Of a stretch of 64,000 bases of DNA, positions 51,439-59,610 are shown in pieces. The notes below the pieces were generated by a model that worked only from the letters and a program-made list of their open reading frames with translations, was not told the origin of the DNA and ran no database searches. Source of the stretch: a bacterium (GTDB lineage Bacteria > Bacillota > Limnochordia > DTU080 > RSA5); assembly GCA_002919195.1 (NCBI GenBank), contig PKEU01000123.1:15003-79002 (forward strand). Direction: 5' to 3'. The first letter of the stretch is position 1. Each line of letters begins with the position of its first letter. A program made the translations under genes and the position numbers.

Positions 51439-51870
51439 TTATTCGAAACTCCCCAATGCCTCGAGCAACTTGATCGCGCTGCAACCGCCAGCCAGGCTGC
51501 AGCCCGAGCAACCTCCATTGCCCGAACCGCAGCCGCCTCCGCTACCGCAGCCGCACCCACCCCGGATGGCGCCTTTGGATCGGCCGAGTTTTGCCGTGAG
51601 GCGCTGAGTGCGCTCACGCATCAGGCGGCGCCGGGCGGTGTAGGCCTCAAAGTGGTAGCAGGAATCCAACTCGCAGTCGAGGCACGTGCCCACCTTTTTG
51701 AGATGGGCGCAGTCCCGGACCACGCAATCGCCCAGCTCGAGGCGGGGGCAACCGTTGCACAGCCCTTGCTGAAAGGCGGGGCAGGTGTCGCAGTACAACC
51801 CGCACTTGGAGACGATGCGAAACTCATCGTCCACTTCCGCCGCCGGCAGGGCCGTGTCCACCTGTTTCAT
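51439..51870 (-). CDS. Cys-rich DUF3795-like protein with a C-terminal Gly/Cys/Ser low-complexity tail (metallothionein-like)
   Basis: N-terminal CGLYCDTC...CNGC...CVVRDC...CLDCELDSC cysteine clusters. C-terminus GGCGCGSGGGCGSGNGGCSGCSLAGGCS. First gene of the TBDT-tonB operon. Confidence 0.5.
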   Translation of the reverse strand: MKQVDTALPAAEVDDEFRIVSKCGLYCDTCPAFQQGLCNGCPRLELGDCVVRDCAHLKKVGTCLDCELDSCYHFEAYTARRRLMRERTQRLTAKLGRSKGAIRGGCGCGSGGGCGSGNGGCSGCSLAGGCSAIKLLEALGSFE

Positions 51871-51951
51871 CGTGGATCACTCCCGCCCTGCGCCGAGGCG
51901 CCGGGGCTATTTCCTATTAAACTTACGCACCGGCCGCCTGTTCCCTTGTTT

Positions 51952-52890
51952 TCATTGCTGGGTCGTGTCAAAGGTGGCGTACCGGGGCCATTCCACCTCG
52001 ACTTTAGCAGCGGAGCGGAGCTCGTTCAAGACGACGCCAATCGGCTTGGCTTTTTGCTCCGTCAGGTACTCGAGGATCCGCTCCCGCGAGTTTTCCAGGG
52101 TGGCTTCGACAGCTTCCGCTCGCTCTTCGACGCGGATGATGTGCCAGCCAAACTGCGACTTCACCGGTTGGCTCACCTCGCCGACGTCGAGGGCGAAGGC
52201 GGCTTCCTTAAACTCCTCGACGATGGGCGAGTGCTGATCGATAAAGCCGACTTCGCCGCCTTGCACGCCGCTGGCAGTATCGATCGACTTGGCCCGGGCC
52301 AGCTCCGCGAAGTCGGTCCCGCGCTCAAGCTCGGCCAGGATCTCCTTGGCTTCCTCTTCGGTCTCGACCAGGATGTGGCTCACCCGGATCCGCTCAGGCG
52401 TGTCGAGGAGCTCTTTGTTCTCTTCAAAGAACTGCGCGATCTCCTCGTCCGAGACGACCACATCTTTCCGGCTCAACTTGGTAAGGATGAGGTTGAGACG
52501 GATCTCATAGATCAGCCGTTCTTCGGTGAGATTGTACCTTTCCAACTCGGCCTGATACGCCTCTTCAGAGCCAAAGCTCTCTTTAATGGCGTTTAGCTCC
52601 GCTTGGATCTCCTCATCGCTGATGGGCTCAGCAAGAGAGCTTTCGGCCTGGGCGATGACCATTTCAGAAATGATCTGCTCCAGCACCTGATCGCCCGCGA
52701 ACTCTTCGAGGCGGGTCAAAAACTCGTCGCGCGTGATGGGCTCTCCATTGACCCGCGCGACGACGTCGCTGTCGGAGGCCGACGTCCAAGTGAGGCCGGC
52801 AAGGGCGATCGTGCCGCCCAAGATAAAGGCTAAAGCGAGAAACAAAAGGTTTCGCCGCTCTTTAAGCCACGTCGCTTGATGCACATCCAT
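51952..52890 (-). CDS. prsA: Parvulin-type peptidyl-prolyl isomerase (PrsA/SurA-like foldase)
   Basis: N-terminal anchor, then a parvulin domain: ...SHILVETEEEAKEILAELERGTDFAELARAKSIDTASGVQGGEVGFI...SQFGWHIIRVEE. Confidence 0.8.
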   Translation of the reverse strand: MDVHQATWLKERRNLLFLALAFILGGTIALAGLTWTSASDSDVVARVNGEPITRDEFLTRLEEFAGDQVLEQIISEMVIAQAESSLAEPISDEEIQAELNAIKESFGSEEAYQAELERYNLTEERLIYEIRLNLILTKLSRKDVVVSDEEIAQFFEENKELLDTPERIRVSHILVETEEEAKEILAELERGTDFAELARAKSIDTASGVQGGEVGFIDQHSPIVEEFKEAAFALDVGEVSQPVKSQFGWHIIRVEERAEAVEATLENSRERILEYLTEQKAKPIGVVLNELRSAAKVEVEWPRYATFDTTQQ

Positions 52891-53141
52891 CCCTCATTTT
52901 CTCGGAGAGTGTGAAGCTTCCTCAATGTTCGGGCCTAGAGGGCAATCCCCTCTTGGGAAGTGTCGTTTCTCGGAGGCAAATGAGGTAGCGCGGGCAAATG
53001 TTAGCGGCTTTCAAGCTTCTTGAGAACCACGGCTTGGCCTTCGAGGTTAGAGGCTGCGCCTGGAGCAGGAGCCGGTGCAGACGAGAGCGAAGCGGAAGGG
53101 ATGGTGTGGGATGGCACGTCAAGCGAAGGGAGGTCACCGGC

Positions 53142-53348
53142 GTGCCCGCCAAATTTTTCCTGGGCGACATCGTACGCATGAAAAAGCCGCACCCTTGCGG
53201 CGACGACCGGTGGGAAGTGCTGCGGACCGGCATGGATTTCCGCATGAAGTGCCTGGGGTGCGGCCGGGTCGTGATGCTCCCCCGCCGCAAATTTGAGCGG
53301 GGCGTCAAAGAAGTGATCAAGCGGGTGATCGACGAGGCCGGCGAGTAG
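53142..53348 (+). CDS. DUF951 family protein (B. subtilis YyzM-like). GTG at 53142; the ORF begins at 52998.
   Basis: ...FLGDIVRMKKPHPCGDDRWEVLRTGMDFRMKCLGCGRVVMLPRRKFERGVKEVIKRV matches the DUF951 consensus. GAAGGGAGG lies 8 nt upstream. Adjacent to ychF, as for yyzM in Bacillus. Confidence 0.7.
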   Translation: MPAKFFLGDIVRMKKPHPCGDDRWEVLRTGMDFRMKCLGCGRVVMLPRRKFERGVKEVIKRVIDEAGE

Positions 53349-53363
53349 GCGCGAAGACCTGGA

Positions 53364-53558
53364 TCAGAGGGGATCGGGTGAAAAGCGAATGTCGTCGTCG
53401 TGTGGGGTGGCGAGCTGCTCGATCCGCTCCTGGATCAGGTCCACCGGCATGCTGATCTCCCGGGCGATCTCTTGGAGCGTCCGCTCCTGCCGGACCATCT
53501 CGATGAGCCTTCGTTCCTTTTCTGCCGTCCAGCGTTTGTGGCCTCGATGCATCGGCAA
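53364..53558 (-). CDS. Small (64 aa) putative HTH protein
   Basis: ...WTAEKERRLIEMVRQERTLQEIAREISMPVDLIQERIEQL looks like a sigma-70 region 4 or LuxR-type HTH. No family was assigned. Confidence 0.3.
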   Translation of the reverse strand: MPMHRGHKRWTAEKERRLIEMVRQERTLQEIAREISMPVDLIQERIEQLATPHDDDIRFSPDPL

Positions 53559-53655
53559 ACCCCCGTCACGTTTGCAGAAGCTATAGCCAAAGCAGCCCGG
53601 CCTCTTTCACAGTGTAACCGGGCTGCCCGCGGCTCATGCGAAAGGAAGAGCGTCC

Positions 53656-54747
53656 GTGTATCGCACCGGCCTGATCGGCCTGCCCAACGTGGGAAAGTCG
53701 ACCCTCTTTAACGCTTTGACGCGGGGGAAGGCCCAAGTGGCCAATTACCCCTTTTGCACCATCGACCCCAACGTGGGTGTGGTGCCCGTGCCCGACCGCC
53801 GCTTGGAGGCGATCGCTCAAATCACCAAACCGGAACGCCTCACCCCGGCGATGCTGGAGTTTATCGACGTCGCGGGGCTCGTGAAAGGGGCGCATCGCGG
53901 CGAGGGGCTCGGCAACCAGTTTCTCAGCCACATCCGCGAGGTCGACGTGGTCGTCCACGTGGTCCGTTGCTTCGACGATCCCGACATCACGCACGTGGAT
54001 GGCGACGTCAACCCGGTCCGCGACATTGAGGTCGTCGAGACGGAGCTCGTCCTCAAGGACTTGGAGACCGTGGAAAAGCGGATGGAAAAGACCGGGCGGA
54101 TGATCAAGACCGGAGAGAAGCGGTACGTTGTGGAGATGGAGCGTCTCGAGCGGTTGAAGGCTTGGCTTGAACGGGGCGAGAGCATCCGGGCGGGCCAGTG
54201 GGATGACGAGGAGCAGTCGCTCATCGCCGAGCTCTTCCTCCTTTCGGCCAAGCCCGTCATCTACGCGGCCAACGTCTCGGAGGACGACCTATTGGGAGCA
54301 TCAGCCTACGTCCAAGACGTCAAGCGGGTGGCTGAAAGATCCGGCGCCAGCACCCTGGTGATTTGCGCCGCTTTGGAGGCCGAGATCGCAGAGCTCTCAC
54401 CGGACGAAGCGCGGGAGTTTTTGAGCGAACTTGGGCTTTCCGAGCCCGGGCTGCACCGCCTGATCCGGCTGGCCTACGACCAGCTGGATCTCGTGACGTT
54501 TTACACGGTCAAGGGTGTGGAAACCCGGGCGTGGGCCGTGCCCCGGGGGACTCTTGCTCCCCAGGCGGCAGGCAAGATTCACCAGGATATGGAGCGGGGC
54601 TTCATCCGGGCAGAGGTGGTCGATTGGGAAAGCTTCGTCCGCTGCGGGTCGCTGGCCACTGCCCGGGAGCAGGGGATCTTGCGTTCCGAAGGCAAGGACT
54701 ATGCCATTCAAGATGGCGACGTGGTTTTGTTCCGGTTTAATGTGTAA
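53656..54747 (+). CDS. ychF: Ribosome-binding ATPase YchF (Obg family)
   Basis: MYRTGLIGLPNVGKSTLFNALT G1 motif, then the TGS domain. 363 aa. Confidence 0.95.
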   Translation: MYRTGLIGLPNVGKSTLFNALTRGKAQVANYPFCTIDPNVGVVPVPDRRLEAIAQITKPERLTPAMLEFIDVAGLVKGAHRGEGLGNQFLSHIREVDVVVHVVRCFDDPDITHVDGDVNPVRDIEVVETELVLKDLETVEKRMEKTGRMIKTGEKRYVVEMERLERLKAWLERGESIRAGQWDDEEQSLIAELFLLSAKPVIYAANVSEDDLLGASAYVQDVKRVAERSGASTLVICAALEAEIAELSPDEAREFLSELGLSEPGLHRLIRLAYDQLDLVTFYTVKGVETRAWAVPRGTLAPQAAGKIHQDMERGFIRAEVVDWESFVRCGSLATAREQGILRSEGKDYAIQDGDVVLFRFNV

Positions 54748-54762
54748 CTTTCAACTGGAAAG

Positions 54763-54771
54763 TGGTATAAT
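54763..54771 (+). promoter_or_regulatory. Extended -10 promoter element (TGGTATAAT) for the rpsF-ssb-rpsR operon
   Basis: TGnTATAAT at 54763-54771. The -35 is weak (TGTAAC at 54743-54748). Confidence 0.45.
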
Positions 54772-54845
54772 GTCCACGTGTGTCTTTCCCTGCCCCAGGG
54801 TGGCGCCTGGGGCCGTCATGTCCATGGGGAGGAGGTGAGCCGACG

Positions 54846-55304
54846 GTGAATCCCTACGAAGTGATGTACATCATCGACTCCGGGGCGGATGAAGAGACCG
54901 TCGATCAGCTCGTCGAACGGTTTCGCAACTTGGTCGCGGCAACCGGCGGCCAAGTCATCGGAGTCGACAAGTGGGGGAAGCGGCGCTTCGCCTACGAGAT
55001 CAAAGGGCGCACTGAAGGCTACTACGTGGTGATGACGTTTAAGGCGTCAGCCGAAAGCGTGGCCGAGTTGAGCCGCGTGTTGCGCATTACCGACAACGTC
55101 GTCCGGCACCTCGTCGTCCGTCTCAGAGAGGAGCCGAAACCCGCCACGGAGCAGCCTGCCGCAGCGCCTGAGGCTGAAAGCGCCGGCGCAGAGCCAGCGG
55201 CGCAAACCGATGCTCAAGCGAGCGACGGGGCAGCGAGCGACCAAGAAGCGGAGCCTGCTGCCAGCGACGTCGAGGCGACGGAATCAGTTGAGACGGCGAC
55301 GTGA
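54846..55304 (+). CDS. rpsF: 30S ribosomal protein S6 with an extended acidic C-terminal tail. GTG at 54846.
   Basis: VNPYEVMYIIDSGADEETVDQLVERFRNLV...GVDKWGKRRFAYEIKGRTEGYYVVMTFKA. GGAGGAGG lies 9 nt upstream. Confidence 0.93.
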   Translation: MNPYEVMYIIDSGADEETVDQLVERFRNLVAATGGQVIGVDKWGKRRFAYEIKGRTEGYYVVMTFKASAESVAELSRVLRITDNVVRHLVVRLREEPKPATEQPAAAPEAESAGAEPAAQTDAQASDGAASDQEAEPAASDVEATESVETAT

Positions 55305-55342
55305 GGGCCCCGGCATCCTCAACGTCATGGGGGGTAGGGCAG

Positions 55343-55795
55343 ATGCTCAACAGGATCATCCTCATTGGCCGTTTGGTCGCCGATCCCCAACTGCGCTACA
55401 CGCAATCGGGAACGGCCGTCGCCAATTTCCGGATCGCGGTGGACAGGCCCTACACCAACCAGCAGGGCCAGCGCGAGACGGATTTCATCGACATCGTCAC
55501 GTGGAGGCGCCTGGCCGAGGTGTGTGCCAACAACCTGACAAAAGGGCGTCTCGTCGGCGTCGAGGGGCGGCTCCAAGTGCGCGAATACGAGCACGAGGGC
55601 CAAAAGCGGCGCACGGCGGAGGTCGTGGCCGACAACGTGCAGTTCCTCGACTGGCCGAAAGATGGGCCGGCTTCGTCGCCGGGCCCTGCAGTGGGTCCTT
55701 CCTTTGGCTCTCCGCCGGGAGGCGGTTTTGGGAGCCCAGGTTATGGCGGACCTGTGTTGGATGACGACTTCAACCCGGACGATGTCCCGTTTTAG
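55343..55795 (+). CDS. ssb: Single-stranded DNA-binding protein
   Basis: MLNRIILIGRLVADPQLRYTQSGTAVANFRIAVDRPY... OB fold, Gly-rich linker, C-terminal DDDFNPDDVPF tip. Confidence 0.93.
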   Translation: MLNRIILIGRLVADPQLRYTQSGTAVANFRIAVDRPYTNQQGQRETDFIDIVTWRRLAEVCANNLTKGRLVGVEGRLQVREYEHEGQKRRTAEVVADNVQFLDWPKDGPASSPGPAVGPSFGSPPGGGFGSPGYGGPVLDDDFNPDDVPF

Positions 55796-55839
55796 TAGCT
55801 GCTTGAGACGGTTTTGGCTCACAAAGGAGGGATCGCAAC

Positions 55840-56064
55840 TTGGCGAGAGATCGCCGCAAACGCCGCAAGGTGTGCTCCTTTTGCGTGGATAAGGTGGAGT
55901 ACGTCGATTACAAAGACGTGAGCCGCCTGCGCCGCTACCTGACCGAGCGGGGCAAGATCATTCCCCGCCGCATTTCGGGCAACTGCGCCCGGCACCAGCG
56001 GCAGCTCACCCGTTCGATCAAGCGGGCCAGGCAAATGGCTCTTCTTCCCTACACGGTCGACTAA
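55840..56064 (+). CDS. rpsR: 30S ribosomal protein S18
   Basis: [71 protein letters not shown]. Confidence 0.95.
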   Translation: MARDRRKRRKVCSFCVDKVEYVDYKDVSRLRRYLTERGKIIPRRISGNCARHQRQLTRSIKRARQMALLPYTVD

Positions 56065-56130
56065 TTCGCAGATAAGGCAAGCGAGCGCGGCGGCCGGCGC
56101 ATTAGACCGGCCCCGCTTCGTCGATGTGGA

Positions 56131-56163
56131 AAAGCGCATCCCCTGATGGGGATGCGCTTTTTT
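56131..56163 (+). terminator. Rho-independent terminator after rpsR
   Basis: AAAGCGCATCCCC-tgat-GGGGATGCGCTTTTTT perfect hairpin followed by a U-run. Confidence 0.75.
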
Positions 56164-56287
56164 CGCGCCTTCGGCCACGCGATCTTTGGCAGCCCCGGAA
56201 AAGGGATACCAGGTCGCCGGGAGAAGTATGTGCGCGGGGAGACAATCGCCCGTCATCACCCGTGACATCGAAAGAGGGGGCAGCATC

Positions 56288-57679
56288 GTGTCAGAGGAGA
56301 CCCAAGGCCACTATGCACACACAAAGGAAGCCGACCTCCTGGGCGGCGGGCAAACGGGACGTCGCATCAAAGTGGTGATGCTCGGCGCAGGCAGCGGGTT
56401 TACCGAGCCTTTGATGACCGACATCCTCAACATCCCGGGACTTGACGGCGGCGAGCTGGCTCTCGTCGACATCGACCTCGAGCGGTTGGAGTTGGCTCAC
56501 CAGCTGGTGGAAAAGATCGTCGAACTCATGGGGAAAAAGGGCAGCTGGCAAGTGACGGCGACCGCCGATCGGAGAAAAGCCCTCGCCGGGGCTGACTACA
56601 TCGTCAACTGCATTGAGGTATCGGGGCTTAAGGCGGTCCGCTTGGACTACGAAATTCCCTTGAAATACGGGGTTGACCAGTGCATCGGCGACACGGTGGG
56701 CCCCGGAGGCTTGATGAAAGCTTTGCGGACGATCCCCACGTGGGTCGAGGTGCTCAAGGATGCCGAGGAGCTTTGCCCCAAGGCGTTGGTCCTCAACTAC
56801 ACCAACCCGATGGGCATGATGATCCTGGCGGCCTCGCACGTCAGCAACATGCAGGTGGTGGGCCTTTGCCACAGCGTCCAGGGGACGAGCCACCTCCTTG
56901 CGCGTCATGCCGAGGTGCCCTACGCCGAGATGCAGTGGAAGTGCGCCGGCATCAACCACCTGGCGTGGTTTACTGAGCTGACACACGAAGGCCGCGACCT
57001 GTATCCCATTCTCTTTGAAAAGGCAAGAGATCCCAACAGCGAGTTTTATCAGGGCGATCCGATCCGCTGCGACATCATGCTGCATTTCGGCGCTTTTGTC
57101 ACTGAGTCCAGCGGCCACTTCTCGGAGTACCTCCCCTACTACCGCAAGCGCAAAGATCTCTTGGAGAAATACACCCGCAGCGGTTACCGCGGCGAAAGCG
57201 GCTTTTACGCCAACAATTGGCCCAAGTGGCGCGAGGCGCGTGACGAGGAGCGCCGCCAGGCGATCCGGGGCGAGCGCCAGATCCGGACCAGCCGGAGCTG
57301 GGAGTACGCCAGCTGGATCATCGAGGCGCACCAGACCAACAAGCCCTTTGTCATCCACGGCAACGTGATCAATCACGGCCTGATCGACAACCTCCCGCAG
57401 GGGCAGTGCGTCGAAGTGCCGGTGATGATCGATCGCAACGGCTTTAACCCCTGCTATTTCGGCCCCCTGCCGCCGCACATGGCCGCGATCTGCCGGAGCA
57501 ACATGGCGATGATCGAGGTCGCCGTCATCGCGGCGCTGGAGCGAAGCCGCGAAGCGGCGTTTCACTCCCTGCTGCTCGATCCGCTCACCGCGGCGGTCTG
57601 TTCGCCTGCAGAGATCAAGCAGATGACCGAGGAGCTCATCGACTCGCAGATCGAGCTCTTGCCGGGATTTGAAAAATAA
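56288..57679 (+). CDS. Glycoside hydrolase family 4 (NAD+/Mn2+-dependent alpha-glucosidase or alpha-galactosidase). GTG at 56288; the ORF begins at 56186.
   Basis: RIKVVMLGAGSGFTEPLMTDIL... Rossmann start, ...CHSVQGTS..., GH4 family signature. AGAGGGGG lies 6 nt upstream. Confidence 0.85.
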   Translation: MSEETQGHYAHTKEADLLGGGQTGRRIKVVMLGAGSGFTEPLMTDILNIPGLDGGELALVDIDLERLELAHQLVEKIVELMGKKGSWQVTATADRRKALAGADYIVNCIEVSGLKAVRLDYEIPLKYGVDQCIGDTVGPGGLMKALRTIPTWVEVLKDAEELCPKALVLNYTNPMGMMILAASHVSNMQVVGLCHSVQGTSHLLARHAEVPYAEMQWKCAGINHLAWFTELTHEGRDLYPILFEKARDPNSEFYQGDPIRCDIMLHFGAFVTESSGHFSEYLPYYRKRKDLLEKYTRSGYRGESGFYANNWPKWREARDEERRQAIRGERQIRTSRSWEYASWIIEAHQTNKPFVIHGNVINHGLIDNLPQGQCVEVPVMIDRNGFNPCYFGPLPPHMAAICRSNMAMIEVAVIAALERSREAAFHSLLLDPLTAAVCSPAEIKQMTEELIDSQIELLPGFEK

Positions 57680-57875
57680 GCGCGGCCAAAGGCGGGTCGA
57701 CCCTTTTCTTTCCGAGGGAAGGAGAAGGTTTTGACGCCGACGAATCTACAGCCGTGCTTTAGGTCGCGTCGTTGATCAAGAGCGCGAAATCCGGACGTCC
57801 TTTCGGCGTGCTGCCTTGGGCGCGGGTGGGCGCACCGCCGAAAGGACGCCTTCATCTCAGAATGGGAGGATGCGT

Positions 57876-58190
57876 ATGAAAACCCGCGCCGACGTTGACA
57901 TCGCCCGCGATCTTAAGAGCGTCGAATGGCTCAAGACCGAGCTTTTGGGAGGGGTCGCAAACCTTTACCGCGCCATGCGGGAGTCGCAGGATGACGCCCT
58001 CTCCGAACAGCTGGCCCAGATCATCGTCACAGCGTACATCCTGGGCCGTCGTCTCGGCATAGATTGTGCCAGGCTCGAGATGAAAGTGGCGCAGATCGTC
58101 CGGAGCAACGCGGAGAAGCCCCACGACTTTGAGGAGTGGTACGGTGACTTTTCCGCCCTTGCCAAGCACCTAAAGTACCGCGAGGGGTGA
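57876..58190 (+). CDS. MazG-like nucleotide pyrophosphohydrolase family protein (small, all-alpha)
   Basis: ...LSEQLAQIIVTAYILGRRLGIDCARLEMKVAQIVRSN resembles the MazG EExxE/LGID helix pair. GGGAGG lies 6 nt upstream. Confidence 0.45.
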   Translation: MKTRADVDIARDLKSVEWLKTELLGGVANLYRAMRESQDDALSEQLAQIIVTAYILGRRLGIDCARLEMKVAQIVRSNAEKPHDFEEWYGDFSALAKHLKYREG

Positions 58191-58199
58191 TGGACCAAA

Positions 58200-59147
58200 A
58201 TGGCCGCAATGCCCGCTGAGCCGGGTGAGCGTTTGCCCGGCGAACGGGTGATCTTGGGGGGCGCGACCGTTGTGCTGTCGATGTTGCCCATCGGCTTGCT
58301 GGTCGCTCCGGCGCCCCTCGCTGTGCTCGTCCTCCGTCACGGCTTGGCCAGCGGGATCGTGGCGGCGGTCCTGTCGGGCCTGTTTGCCTCCATCCTCACG
58401 CAAAGCCCGTTGATCTTGGCTCAGGTCCTCTTGGCGCTGGCTCTCGGCATCGCCTTGGGAGAAGCGTTGAGAGAGGGGTTTTCCCTCCGGCAGGCGCTCG
58501 CCGTGGGCTCAGTGGTCGTCTTTATCACGACGCTGCTCCTCATGTTTTTGATCCAGCGGGTCGTGGGGATGAGCCCCATCGACATCGTGGCTACATTTTG
58601 GCAAGAGGCTCTGAGAAGCGCTGCGGGAAGCGATACAGCAGCGCAGGCCTTTGTCGACGCTCAGATCGCCGCGATGCGGGCGGTGCTCCCTGCCAGCCTC
58701 ATCTTGGGCTCCGTCGGATTGACGGTGGTGGACTATGGGCTCACCCGGTGGCTCGCCCGCAAGCTTCCCGGCGAGAAAGACGCGGTGGCGCCCCTGCCGG
58801 AATTTTCCCGCTGGAGGTTTCCCCGGTGGACGGCGGCGCTGTATGTTGCCGGGCGGGTCGCTGAGGTCTTGTTGTTAGCGAGGCTGACCGGATTTGTCCA
58901 GATGGCCCTGATCAACGTGGTGTTGATCCTCGGCTTTCTCATGACGATCCAGGGCCTCGCCGTCGGCTGGTTTTACCTCCAGAGGGCGAAGGTAAGCAAA
59001 GCGTTGCGCTGGCTGATCGTGTTGGGTGTGCTCTTTTTCCTGCAGCCGGTGGCGTCTTTGCTCTTCCTCGTCGCGGGGGTGATCGACGCTTTGCTCGACC
59101 TGCGTCGAGCGCGGCGATCCGATGCCGAAGTGCAAGGGGGGAGTTGA
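58200..59147 (+). CDS. Multi-pass membrane protein, YybS-like (DUF2232)
   Basis: 315 aa with about 8 TM segments, directly upstream of rplI, as for yybS in Bacillus. Confidence 0.55.
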   Translation: MAAMPAEPGERLPGERVILGGATVVLSMLPIGLLVAPAPLAVLVLRHGLASGIVAAVLSGLFASILTQSPLILAQVLLALALGIALGEALREGFSLRQALAVGSVVVFITTLLLMFLIQRVVGMSPIDIVATFWQEALRSAAGSDTAAQAFVDAQIAAMRAVLPASLILGSVGLTVVDYGLTRWLARKLPGEKDAVAPLPEFSRWRFPRWTAALYVAGRVAEVLLLARLTGFVQMALINVVLILGFLMTIQGLAVGWFYLQRAKVSKALRWLIVLGVLFFLQPVASLLFLVAGVIDALLDLRRARRSDAEVQGGS

Positions 59148-59148
59148 C

Positions 59149-59610
59149 GTGAAAGTCATCCTGATGTCCGACGTCAAGGCGCTAGGTAAGAAGGGAGACC
59201 TGGTCGAGGTCGCGGAAGGGTACGCCCGCAACTTCTTGATCCCCCGCGGCCTGGCTAAGGAGGCGAATGCCGCCAACCTCAAAGCGCTGGAGACAGAGAA
59301 GACCCATGCCAAGGCCAAAGCCCAGCGGGAGCTGGCAGAGGCGCAAAAGACCGCGGGGGTTTTGGAAAAGGCGAGCATCGTGATCCCGGCAAAGACGGGG
59401 GATTCGGGCCGCCTCTTTGGCTCGGTCACCGCCCTTGACATCGTGCAGGCGGTGAAAAAGGCGACCGGGGTCGAGCTCGACAAGCGCAAGATCGATCTGG
59501 ACGAGCCCATCAAGATGCTCGGCGAATACCGGGTTCAGGTGAAAGTGCACCCCGAGGTCAGCGCTCAGCTCACCGTGCGGGTCGTCGAGGCACAGGGGGA
59601 AGGCGCGTGA
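59149..59610 (+). CDS. rplI: 50S ribosomal protein L9. GTG at 59149.
   Basis: [39 protein letters not shown].... AAGGGGGGA lies 7 nt upstream. Confidence 0.93.
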   Translation: MKVILMSDVKALGKKGDLVEVAEGYARNFLIPRGLAKEANAANLKALETEKTHAKAKAQRELAEAQKTAGVLEKASIVIPAKTGDSGRLFGSVTALDIVQAVKKATGVELDKRKIDLDEPIKMLGEYRVQVKVHPEVSAQLTVRVVEAQGEGA

